Source: Chiloscyllium plagiosum (Eukaryota). Taken from it: a DNA stretch of 24,974 bases. The stretch covers positions 34,818,399-34,843,372 of the forward strand of contig NC_057719.1 of NCBI RefSeq assembly GCF_004010195.1. Direction: 5' to 3'. Shown here piece by piece: positions 10,477 through 21,168 of this stretch. The position numbers and the translations under genes were made by a program. The notes under the pieces are model-generated. The model ran no database searches. It had not been told where the DNA came from and was given only the letters and a program-made list of their open reading frames with translations. Every line of letters begins with the position of its first letter. Positions within the stretch are counted from its first letter, which is position 1.

Positions 10477-10929
10477 GCCTGAATTGAAAAAAAATTAACA
10501 TTAGTTGTAAAAAGAATCACATCACTGAGCAATTTCTATTTCCAAGGCCTCCAAACAAATGCCAATAAAAGGCTGCCAAGGATTTGGCAGATTTCAGTTT
10601 ATATTGTAATGGTTCCTTGGTATGATATTGCTGTTTCTGTGGTTACTTCTGTTTGTGGGCTTTGAGGGAACTGTTTGATATGTAAGAATGATAGTACTAG
10701 ACATCATTACAGCATAACAACATTACATTGCAATTTTAAATATCCTCTGAGTGTTATCAAAAAACTCAAGTAGAATATAAATTTATCATTTTCAGTCTGA
10801 AGCAGATTCAACACAGTCTTAGCTCTCAATTCCTCTATTTCAAAAATCTACCAAAACAATGCACTAACAATTCAAGTTTTTAATGTATGGATGTGGTTAG
10901 AGTAACTTTCAAAATAAAATTGCATACCT

Positions 10930-11050
10930 ATTTAAAGAGGAAAACACTGCAATATCGAGGAAAGAACAAAAGAGTGGGCTAATTGGACAATTCATTTATA
11001 GAGCTGGCATGAGCACAATGGACAAAAAGGCCTGTAAGATTCAATGATTT
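10930..11050 (+). repeat. Old CR1-type 3' tail remnant
   Basis: gagtgggctaattggaca...gagctggcatgagcacaatggac...ggcctgtaagattc has the layout of a CR1 3' UTR. Confidence 0.4.
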
Positions 11051-11807
11051 CACGTCAAGTGGTGGTGGATGTCAGTTTCCTTACAGTGATGATTATGAAA
11101 AGTTTAATTGAATGAAGAGTAGCAGGAAATGATTAATTCCAAATGCAGTATATCTAATACAGAAAGTTTAAAAATATCCAAGAGCAAGAGTGTAAAATAG
11201 TAAATATAAATAAATTAGCCTGGAATCAAATTTGAGAGTTACACAAAGGAAGTTTCCAGTTTTTAAAAAAATAATATTTGAACAATGAAAGTACTTATAT
11301 AAGCTAAATCTTGAACTATCTATCTAAACCTACCTTTTTTTGGGACACAAAACAAAAATCCAAATTACAAACTAGAAAAGTAACAAATAGATCAAACTAT
11401 TAACCATGCGCAAACATACAAAGAGAAGTGAATTTCTGGTTTAATGGAGATTCATCATTTCCTCAAGATGCTTGGTTCAGAAGGTTCAACATTATTTTCT
11501 AAATTAAATTGAACAAATTTTACACAAAATATAAAATGGAAGTCTATACAGCCCCTCAAATCTACCCTGTCATTCTGTAAAATCATGGTTAATCTCCCCC
11601 AGTCCTGAACTCCTCTTGCGTGCAGCTGCTTAAACCCTCAATATCTCAACATTTGAAAATCTATATTAAAAAAACCCACTACAATTTAATTTGATCTACC
11701 TTTTAGTATACCAGTTTGGTTAGAGTAACAAGGATTTCTATCAAATGCAGTGTCTTTAGGTGATAGGATAGTGAGCTTATTAGCTCCCTGCCTCCTTTGC
11801 CATGCAA

Positions 11808-11942
11808 TATAGAGATGTACAGCACGGAAACAGACCCTTTGGTCCAGCTCGTCCATGCCGACCAGATATCCCAACCCAATCTAATCCCACAGGCCAGCAC
11901 CTGGCCCCATATCCCTCCAAACCCTTCCTATTCATGTACCCA
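11808..11942 (-). mobile_element. CR1 3' tail fragment
   Basis: Closely matches the reverse complement of 20947-21080. Confidence 0.9.
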
Positions 11943-12394
11943 ATATACTTGAAGTGAATTTCTGCCTCCAGATGATATATGATTAAAAATATGACATTAG
12001 TTGGGGCAATAACTGTCTGCAGTTTTCCTTTGTTAAATGGTAAATAAAATAGCTCAATTCACTTTATACGTTCTTGCATTTGGATATTGGATATGCATTG
12101 ATTTTACACTCAGCCACAATGTTCACTGCCAAATACATAAATCACTGCAGGCTAACACAGGAAGAATGCTCATTCTTCAGTAGAAATTTAAAAAACGGAA
12201 GTACAGTAGTTGACAGGACATCATCTGGCGAAATAATAATTTTGAATCTTCTTAGTTAATATACAACTTATTTCTGTTCTGTAAAGCACTGCCATAACTT
12301 TTCTGCAACATTTATCTCAATAGTTAAAAGCAGATAGCTTGTGAATAATGTTCTGTTCTTGTTGAATCTTTAGATCTGGTTTCAAATAACTCAC

Positions 12395-12538
12395 CTTAGA
12401 ATGAATAACAAGGCCACTTTCACTGATTTCCACAACACTAATTAAAGGATGTTTTTCTGGTAGCTCATTTGTGACTGGATCCTCCAAATTGGTACTCAAG
12501 AATTGATTGATATTTTCTGAAGTTACACACAGATTTTT
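12395..12538 (-). CDS. DNAAF2: DNAAF2 exon 2 (144 nt, phase 0/0)
   Basis: Acceptor ttctttttatttag|AAA and donor AAG|gtgagt. Encodes KNLCVTSENINQFLSTNLEDP...PLISVVEISESGLVIHSK, similar in sequence and length to vertebrate DNAAF2 exon 2. Confidence 0.9.
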
Positions 12539-13008
12539 CTAAATAAAAAGAACATTTCATGTTCACGTTTAATACAACATCTGACGAAACATAATTATTT
12601 ATGCACTTCTACAAATCGTGTTTCTGAAACAAAACATAAATCATTCAAACTTAATTCCTACAATACTACAGTATCTTTACAAAGTAACAACCTATATTAA
12701 TAAGAATGGGATTTGGTACTGTCTTTTACTGGTATATAGTATAAATGAATTTAGAGCGCATATAAATTTAACTGGTCAATGTTTAAACCCAACAAACATA
12801 ATCTTCCACTAAGTACACAGAGGCCACAAACTGATATTGTTCTAATAAACTGACATCAAATTACTTTCAATGAACCAAGTGTCTTGAAATTTACATGTCC
12901 ATTTGCATACTTGTAAATCTACAAGACAATAAGACATAGGACCATAAATTAGGCCATTCAGCCCATTAAGTCTGCTCTGCCATTCAATCATGGCTGATAA
13001 GTTTCTCA

Positions 13009-14152
13009 GTCAAAGAGTGTGGTGCTGGAAAAGCACGGCTGGTCAGGCAGCATCTGATGAGCAGGAGAGCAAAGCTCTTCATCAGGAATGATGGGGTGAC
13101 CCAAGGAGTCAGAGATAAATGGGGGGAGTGGTGAAGAGGTAGCTGTGAATGCGATAGGTTAGTGTTGCTTAGTGTGTGTGCCCCAGAGATGTTCTCTGAA
13201 ACGTTCTGCAAGTTGCCGTCCTGTCTCCTCAATGTAGAGGAGACCACAGTGAGAGCAACAGACACAGTAAATGACGTATGTGGAAGTACAGTTAAATCTT
13301 TCTTGGATGTGGAAGGATCCTTTGGAGCTGGACGGAGGTGAGGAGGAAGTGTGGGCGCAGGTTTTGTACTTCTTGCTGTGGCAGGGCAAGATGCTAGGAA
13401 TGGAGGGTGGGTTGGTGGGGGGCATGCACCGAACAAGGGAATTGTGGAGGGAATGGTCTCTCCAAAACACAGATGAGGGTGGGGGAGGGGAATATATCCC
13501 TAGTAGTGGGGTCTGTTTTTAGGTGGCAGAAATGGCAGAGGATGATATATTGTATCCGGACATTGATGGGGTAGAAGGTGAGAACTGGGAGGTTCTGTTC
13601 TTGTTGCAATTGGAGGGTGGGGTTCAAGGGTGGAGGTGCAGGAAGTGAAGGAGATGTGTTGGAGGGCATCGTTGACCACATGGGAGGGGAAATTGCAGTC
13701 TTTGAAGAACAAGGCCATCTGGGATGTTTTATGGTGGAATTGGTCCTCCGGGGAGCAGATGCAGCAGAGGCGGAGGAGTTGGGAATAAGGGATAGCGTTT
13801 TTACAGGAGGCAGGGTGGGAGGAGTTGTAGTCCAAGTAGCTGTAGAAGTTGGTGGGTTTGACATAGATGTCTGTGTTGAGTCGATCGCTGAAAATGGACA
13901 GGTCCAGGAAGGAGAGGGAGGTGTCTGAGATGGTCCAGATGAACTTGAGGTCAGGGTGGAAGATATTTGTGAAGTTGCTGAACTGTTAACTTCCTCGTGG
14001 GAGCACGAAGTGGTACAGACACAGTCACCAATGTAGCGGAGGAAAAGATGGGGAATGGTGTTGATGGACTGGTCCACATACCTGACGAAGAGGCAGGCAT
14101 AGCTGGGGCTCATGCAGGTGGTCTGGAGGAAGTGGGAAGATTCGAAGGAGAG
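13009..14152 (-). mobile_element. Decayed Penelope-like element (RT plus GIY-YIG endonuclease plus terminal repeat) with 8-bp TSD
   Basis: Peptides MSPSYACLFV...FLRYIGDC (RT), DYNSSHPASCKNAIPYSQLLRL and FNCTSTYVIYCVCCSHCGLLYIEETGRQLAERFREH (GIY-YIG). Flanked by gtttctca at 13001-13008 and 14153-14160. Confidence 0.9.
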
Positions 14153-14351
14153 GTTTCTCAACCCCATTCTCCCACTCTCTCCCCTTAAACCTTGATCCCC
14201 TTGACAATCAAGAACCTATCTATCTCTACCTTAAATAAAAATGACCTGGCCTCCACAGCCTTCTGTGGCAATGAATTCCATCGATTCACCACTTTCTCAC
14301 TGAAGAAGTTTCTCCTTCTCAGTTTTAAAGGCTCTTCCCTTTATTCTAAAG

Positions 14352-14486
14352 GTTTCATTCCTGATGAAGGGCTTTTGCCCGAAACGTCGATTTTCCTGTT
14401 CCTCGGATGCTGCCTGACCTGCTGTGCTTTTCCAGCACCACTCTAATCTAAACTCTGGTTTCTAGCATCTGCAGTCCTCACTTCTG
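14352..14486 (+). mobile_element. 135-bp non-coding hammerhead-containing insertion with 14-bp TSD
   Basis: Flanked by cctttattctaaag (14338-14351) and cctttactctaaag (14487-14500). The body matches the reverse complement of about 772-867. Confidence 0.85.
14357..14392 (+). ncRNA. Minimal type I hammerhead ribozyme motif
   Basis: auuc-CUGAUGA(14361-14367)-a-GGGC-uuuu-GCCC-GAAAC(14381-14385)-GUC-gauu. Predicted cleavage after 14388. Confidence 0.8.
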
Positions 14487-16254
14487 CCTTTACTCTAAAG
14501 CCATGCCCATGGGTCCTAGTCTCTTCTACACATGGAAACATTTTCGCAACATTAACTCTGTCCAGGCTATTCAGTATTCTGTAAGTTTCAATTAGATTCC
14601 CCCCTCATCCTTCTAAACTCCATCAAGTATAGACCCAGAGTCCTCAAATGTTCTTCATATGTTTTGCCTTTCACTTCTGGGATCGTGAACCCCATCTGGA
14701 CTCACTCCAGGACAAGTACATCCCTCCTGTGGTATGGGGCCCAAAATTGCTCACAATACTCTCATGTGGTCTGACTAGAAGCACATCCCTGCTTTTATAT
14801 TCTAGTCCTCTCAAAAGAAGTACCAATACTGTATCTGCCTTCCGAACTACCAACTCAACTTGCAAGTTTATCTGAAGAGAATCCTGGACTAGAACTTCCA
14901 AGTCCCTTTGCACTTGAGATTTCTGAATTTTCTCCCCATTTGTGCATGGCCTCTCACTTTCCCACGTTGTATTCCATTTGTCACCTCTTTGCCCACTCTC
15001 CTAACCTGTTTAAATCCTTCTGTAGCCTCCCTGCCTCCTCAATGCTACCTATCCCTCTACCTTTGTATCATTTGCAAAGTTAGCTAGAATACCCTCAGTT
15101 CCTTCATCTAGATAATTAATATATATGATGTACAAGTGGGAAACGACTCAATCCCAACAACCATTTATAGTATATCTAAAAATATAATCAATTATGTGAG
15201 GTTTTTGCCATATAATTGTGTATGAGATTGTGCAGCATAATATGGGCATATTTTAAGATGGAAAGAAAGTATTCCTGAATCACTACAGCACTACTGCCTT
15301 TCCTAGTCAACAATTTTCTATGTAAGACATACTTGAATCCATTACACTGTATATAGCTCACAGTGTGGTCCACTTCAAACTGGAAACCCACTCAGCTCAA
15401 AATCTCTATTGCAGGTTTAATCTTTATTGTGATGACACATTGACTTCTCCCATTCCCATACCTTGATTTCTACAATACTGATATGTAAAAACTCAATTTT
15501 CTTTTGTATCTTTGATTATGGACTGAAATGGGGAAAAGACAATTTAAAAAAAAACCAAGGATTGTGAGAGATTGTTGGATTCTATGAAAGCAAGCTACCA
15601 GCACTAATCAAAGTGCTGTTTATGCTGTTATTTGTTCAACCAGTGGAAGAAGGTTTAGTTGCAGAGGGACTAGAACCAGGGAATGAGTAAAATAATTAGG
15701 TTCAGCTAGCAACAAGTAGCTAATTGGCCTGTGGAATGATGAGTAGTTTGCTTATCAAAAACAATGTGATTGGTTAACTATCTGAAAAGTCAGTTTGTGG
15801 GTATAAATAATTAGTCATAAAAGATTGAACATCCATAAAGAAAGAAGCTGTCTTTGCAGTAAAACAAAATGCCTGAAGAAAGCCTGCTTAATTTCCCTCA
15901 CCAATTGCTGGGTGCTATGGCTTTTAACCACAAAGTCAGAGACCATATAATCTGTCAAACTCTGCCTCCTACAAGAACATGAAAGTATCTGAAGACAAAG
16001 AGGGATCGCCAAACAAGCCCTAGCAAGCCAAAAGGATTACCTCAGAGATCCCTGTGAATGAGGAATATTGAACTGCCTTCCCAATTTTCTCCTCCAACGG
16101 CAACACCCTTTTTTGTTTTACTGTCTATAACTGCGTGTGTATATGAAGACTCTATAAGGGTATTAAAGTTTTAAGTTGAGTTATACGTTGGCATTTCATA
16201 ATTGTTTACTTCATCATCGCTGGGTCCAAATCTGAAAATTCTCTTCCAAATGGG

Positions 16255-16355
16255 ATTGTGGGTCTACCTACAGTACAACGATACAAGGAGGGCAACAAGG
16301 GACGGACAATAAATGCTGGTCAACCAGCAATACCCACGTTTCAAAAAAATAAACT
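16255..16355 (+). repeat. LINE/SINE 3' tail remnant
   Basis: gggacggacaataaatgctggtcaaccagcaatacccacgtttcaaaaaaataaa ends in an A-rich tract. Confidence 0.4.
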
Positions 16356-16899
16356 GGCTAAAAGGTGTATTCCAGCAGTACATAAGTTACTATATATGCT
16401 AAGCATACACAATGTTTGCAATGGGCAGGTGTTTTTGAAATCAACTTTCAATAGATAAAGAGACAAAGATATTGCAATTTGTATTATTTCAGGGAACCAG
16501 ATCATCAGGGATATTTTTTGTAATTACCACACATCATTAAAGTTATGGCAAAGATATGACTAGATAAATGCTTTTCTAATATTGACGGTCCCTGGGAGAG
16601 CATTGTCCATCAAAGATTACTCAAGCAAAACAACAAGGCATTATTTACCTAAGAGACAGCTTACATTATACCCAAGAGAACAAATCTCCAACAATGTTTT
16701 AAAATTCATTATGAATGTTCTTTTACGGTATAGGAGATACCGGATTGCTTTTCATTAACCTAATGACTGCTTTGTCCCTAAAAATAAAAAGCAGTAGTAT
16801 AATTTTCAAATGTTTTCAGTATTTGTTTCAGGAAAGTTACAAGAATGAACAGATGGAGGATGGGAAAAATTTCTGACTGTAACAGCTGCTGGAGATGAT

Positions 16900-17721
16900 T
16901 TCCTCGAATTCCAGGAGCAGCAATTACTGTTTTATATGCTGTTGTATCGTTTTGGAACTTTGGGGAAAAAAAAAGTCAAAACAACAGCTGCTTTAAAAGG
17001 GAGAAGAACAGACAAAAGAAGCACATGGTGAGGACAGCGCAAGAGAGAGAGAGAGAGAGAGAACCTGCACAGTTAATGCCTTAGCTGTTTTGAATTCATG
17101 TATTGCTGGACATCGGAGTGCGTCTGGGAAAATTAAGAAACAGTGAACTTCACAACTAATCTTGGAGGAACCTGTTGGGCAAAGTTCACAACAGAATCAG
17201 ATAAGTTAATTGTTGTTTTAAGTCTGTCCAATAGAAAGGCTGCAGTGGTGAGTACAGTGGGTTCTTTCTTGATTAAATGTTTGTGGAGATAAATCTCTTG
17301 ATTAAACTTAATATATAAGCTATAACTATCAATTTAACCTGGTGCAGTGTTTTGTAGAGGAATAAGATGGTGTTATTTTCTGGGTCTATAGATTGTGAAG
17401 GTGCAAAAATGGCCTTCGCAATGACATGTATTTCTTGTCAGATGTGGGAGTTTAAAGAGTGTTTAAGGGTTACTGCGGATTATATTTGCCATAAATGCTG
17501 TTGGATGTGAATCTTATCAGATCGAATGGATTGGTTGGAGAGACAGTTAGAAACGATGAGGAATTTGCAACAGCAACAGTATGTGATGGATGGTAGTTAT
17601 AGGACGGGGGGAATGTCTCAGATACAGATACAGTCACATAGATGGGTTAACTCCAGGAAAGGTAAGAGAGGTCAGCACCTAGGGCAGGAGTCTTTTGTGG
17701 ATATACCCATTTCAAACAGGT
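16900..17721 (+). mobile_element. CR1 LINE 5' region: 5' UTR and ORF1 N-terminus (zinc finger/leucine zipper), interrupted by a stop
   Basis: From 17409: MAFAMTCISCQMWEF...DYICHKCCWM*ILSDRMDWLERQLETMRNL, with two CxxC motifs and a heptad segment as in CR1 ORF1. The 5' boundary is approximate. Confidence 0.7.
17042..17061. repeat. (AG)n microsatellite
   Basis: About 10 AG units seen directly. Confidence 0.9.
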
Positions 17722-18502
17722 NNNNNNNNNNNNNNNNNNNNNNNNNNNNNNNNNNNNNNNNNNNNNNNNNNNNNNNNNNNNNNNNNNNNNNNNNNNNNNN
17801 NNNNNNNNNNNNNNNNNNNNNNNNNNNNNNNNNNNNNNNNNNNNNNNNNNNNNNNNNNNNNNNNNNNNNNNNNNNNNNNNNNNNNNNNNNNNNNNNNNNN
17901 NNNNNNNNNNNNNNNNNNNNNNNNNNNNNNNNNNNNNNNNNNNNNNNNNNNNNNNNNNNNNNNNNNNNNNNNNNNNNNNNNNNNNNNNNNNNNNNNNNNN
18001 NNNNNNNNNNNNNNNNNNNNNNNNNNNNNNNNNNNNNNNNNNNNNNNNNNNNNNNNNNNNNNNNNNNNNNNNNNNNNNNNNNNNNNNNNNNNNNNNNNNN
18101 NNNNNNNNNNNNNNNNNNNNNNNNNNNNNNNNNNNNNNNNNNNNNNNNNNNNNNNNNNNNNNNNNNNNNNNNNNNNNNNNNNNNNNNNNNNNNNNNNNNN
18201 NNNNNNNNNNNNNNNNNNNNNNNNNNNNNNNNNNNNNNNNNNNNNNNNNNNNNNNNNNNNNNNNNNNNNNNNNNNNNNNNNNNNNNNNNNNNNNNNNNNN
18301 NNNNNNNNNNNNNNNNNNNNNNNNNNNNNNNNNNNNNNNNNNNNNNNNNNNNNNNNNNNNNNNNNNNNNNNNNNNNNNNNNNNNNNNNNNNNNNNNNNNN
18401 NNNNNNNNNNNNNNNNNNNNNNNNNNNNNNNNNNNNNNNNNNNNNNNNNNNNNNNNNNNNNNNNNNNNNNNNNNNNNNNNNNNNNNNNNNNNNNNNNNNN
18501 NN
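17722..18502. other. Assembly gap
   Basis: Run of N. Confidence 1.
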
Positions 18503-18908
18503 CCACCTTACTAGTTTAAATCCTCCCAAGCAGTTCTAGCAAATTTCCCTGCCAGTATATTAGTCCCCTTCCAATTTAGGTGCAATCTGTCCTTCTTGTA
18601 CAGGTCACTTCTACCCCAAAAGAGATTCCAATGATCCAAAAATGTGAATCCTTCTCCCATACACCAGCTCCTCAGCCATGCATTCATCTGCTCTATCCTC
18701 CTATTCCTGCCCTTACTAGCTCGTAGCACTGCAAGTAATCCAGATATTACTAACCTTGAGGACCTCATTTTTAAATTTCTGCCTAACTTTCTGTAATCTC
18801 CCTTCAGAGTCTCAACCTTTTCCCTTCGTATGTCGTTGGTTCCAATGTGGACAATGACCTCTTGCTGGCCACTCTCCCCTGTGAGAACATTCTGCACCGT
18901 CTCTGAGA
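18503..18908 (-). mobile_element. CR1 ORF1 SGNH/GDSL esterase domain fragment, inverted relative to flanking CR1 pieces
   Basis: VIVHIGTNDI (GxND block) and DLYKKDRLHLN (DxxH block). Confidence 0.85.
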
Positions 18909-18985
18909 CGGGTTACTCTTCGGAGGGTCGGTGTAGACTGGTTGGGCCGAAGGGCCTGTTTCCACACCGTAGGGAATCTAATCTA
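18909..18985 (+). repeat. SINE/LINE 3' tail (HE1/HER1-like)
   Basis: cggagggtcggtgtagactggttgggccgaagggcctgtttccacaccgtagggaatctaatcta, ending in a short terminal repeat. Confidence 0.6.
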
Positions 18986-20030
18986 CAGGATAGACCGGAT
19001 CTAAAAGTTGAAATTCTAAATTGGAGAAAAGCCAATTTTGACAGTATTAGGCAAAAACTTTCGAAAGCTGATTGGAGGCAGATGTTCTGATTGTTGGGCC
19101 TCTTGCTGAGATATTTGTATCATCGATAGTCACAGGTAAGGTGCCGGAAGACTGGAGGTTGGCAAATGTGATGCCACTGTTTAAGAAGGGCGGTAAAGGG
19201 ATGGCTGGAAAATGGGAAGCCTTCAGAAATGAGATAACAAGAATCCAGAGAAAGTATATTCCTGTCAGGGTGAAAGGAAAGGCTGGTAGGTATAGGGAAT
19301 GCTGGATGACTAAAGAAATTGAAGGTTTGGATAAGAAAAAGGAAGCATATGTCAAGTATAGACATGCTAGATCGAGTGAAACCTTAGAAGAGTATAAAGG
19401 AAGTAGGAGTATACTTAAGAGGAAAATCAGGAGGGTAAAAAGGGGACATGAGATAGCTTTGGCAAATAGAGTTAAGGAGAATCCAAAGGATTTTTACAAA
19501 TATATTAAGGACAAAAGGGTAACTAGGGAGAGAATAGGGCCCCTCAAAGATCAGCAAGGCGGCCTGTGTGTGTAGCCACAGAAAATGGGGGAGATATTAA
19601 ATGAGTATTTTGCATCAGTATTTACTGTGAAAAAGGATATGGACGATATAGACTGTAGGGAAATAGATGGTGACATCTTGCAAAATGTCCACATTACAGA
19701 GGAGGGAGTGCTGGATGTCTTGAAACAGGTAAAGGTGGATAAATCCCCAGGACCTGATCAGATGTATCCAAGAACTCCGTGGGAAGCCAGAGAACTGATT
19801 GTTGGGCCTCTTGCTGAGATATTTGTATCATCGATAGTCACAGATAAGGTGCCGGAAGACTGGAGGTTGGCAAACGTGGTGCCACTGTTTAAGAAGGGCG
19901 GTAAAGGGATGGCTGGAAAATGGGAAGCCTTCAGAAATGAGATAACAAGAATCCAGAGAAAGTATATTCCTGTCAGGGTGAAAGGAAAGGCTGGTAGGTA
20001 TAGGGAATGCTGGATGACTAAAGAAATTGA
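18986..20030 (+). mobile_element. CR1 ORF2 inter-domain region with internal 708-bp-period duplication
   Basis: Peptides LNWRKANFDSIR, KENPKDFYKYI, EILNEYFASVFT, KSPGPDQMYPR, VPEDWRLANVVPLFKKG. 19087-19322 is repeated at 19795-20030. Confidence 0.9.
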
Positions 20031-20653
20031 NNNNNNNNNNNNNNNNNNNNNNNNNNNNNNNNNNNNNNNNNNNNNNNNNNNNNNNNNNNNNNNNNNNNNN
20101 NNNNNNNNNNNNNNNNNNNNNNNNNNNNNNNNNNNNNNNNNNNNNNNNNNNNNNNNNNNNNNNNNNNNNNNNNNNNNNNNNNNNNNNNNNNNNNNNNNNN
20201 NNNNNNNNNNNNNNNNNNNNNNNNNNNNNNNNNNNNNNNNNNNNNNNNNNNNNNNNNNNNNNNNNNNNNNNNNNNNNNNNNNNNNNNNNNNNNNNNNNNN
20301 NNNNNNNNNNNNNNNNNNNNNNNNNNNNNNNNNNNNNNNNNNNNNNNNNNNNNNNNNNNNNNNNNNNNNNNNNNNNNNNNNNNNNNNNNNNNNNNNNNNN
20401 NNNNNNNNNNNNNNNNNNNNNNNNNNNNNNNNNNNNNNNNNNNNNNNNNNNNNNNNNNNNNNNNNNNNNNNNNNNNNNNNNNNNNNNNNNNNNNNNNNNN
20501 NNNNNNNNNNNNNNNNNNNNNNNNNNNNNNNNNNNNNNNNNNNNNNNNNNNNNNNNNNNNNNNNNNNNNNNNNNNNNNNNNNNNNNNNNNNNNNNNNNNN
20601 NNNNNNNNNNNNNNNNNNNNNNNNNNNNNNNNNNNNNNNNNNNNNNNNNNNNN
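20031..20653. other. Assembly gap
   Basis: Run of N. Confidence 1.
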
Positions 20654-21087
20654 AGGGAGAGGCTGAACAGGCTGGGGCTATTTTCCCTGGAACATCGGAG
20701 GCTGAGGGGTGACCTTATAGAGGTTTACAAAATTATGAGGGGCTTGGATAGGATAAATAGGCAAAGTCTTTTCCCTGGGATCGGGGAGTCCAGAACTAGA
20801 GGGCATAGGTTTAGGACGAGAGGGGAAAGATATCAAATAGACCTAAGGGCCAACTTTTTGACGCAGAGGGTGGTGCGTGTATGGAATGAGCTGCCAGAGG
20901 AGTGGTGGAGGCTGGTACAATTGCAACATTTAAGAGGCATTTGGATGGGTATATGAATAGGAATGGTTTGGAGGGATATGGACCAGGTGCTGGCAGGTGG
21001 GACTAGATTGGGTTGGCATATCTGGTCGGCATGGACGGGTTGGACCGAAGGGTCTGTTTCCGTACTGTACATCTCTATGACTCTATG
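20654..21087 (+). mobile_element. CR1 LINE 3' end (young copy)
   Basis: RERLNRLGLFSLEHRRLRGDLIEVYKIM...RTRGH...TQRVVRVWNELP. Ends ctctatgactctatg. Confidence 0.95.
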
Positions 21088-21168
21088 CACAGATTCATTA
21101 TAGAAGGCAGAACAATTAATGTAGCAATTTTGTATATGGCATGACATTTTTGGAATCAACAAAGTTAC

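Larger units (their letters stand above)
12920..15125 (-). mobile_element. Second-family CR1 LINE 3' part, split by two nested insertions (pieces 12920-13008, 14153-14351, 14487-15125)
   Basis: Tail acaagacaataagacatagg...catggctgataagtttctca resumes at gtttctcaaccccattctc. Minus-strand peptide QRDLEVLVQDSL...RGLEYKSRDVLL is CR1 ORF2-like. Confidence 0.8.

Noticed and set aside
18511..18897. Stand-alone host SGNH esterase gene
   Set aside because: It is the CR1 ORF1 esterase domain, embedded among CR1 pieces.
17526..20956. Long ORFs of 260-375 aa
   Set aside because: Artefacts of translating through N-gaps.
20833..21168. C-terminal extension of the 755-aa DNAAF2 ORF
   Set aside because: Read-through past the exon 1 donor into intron and antisense CR1. 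The downstream exons supply the conserved C-terminus.
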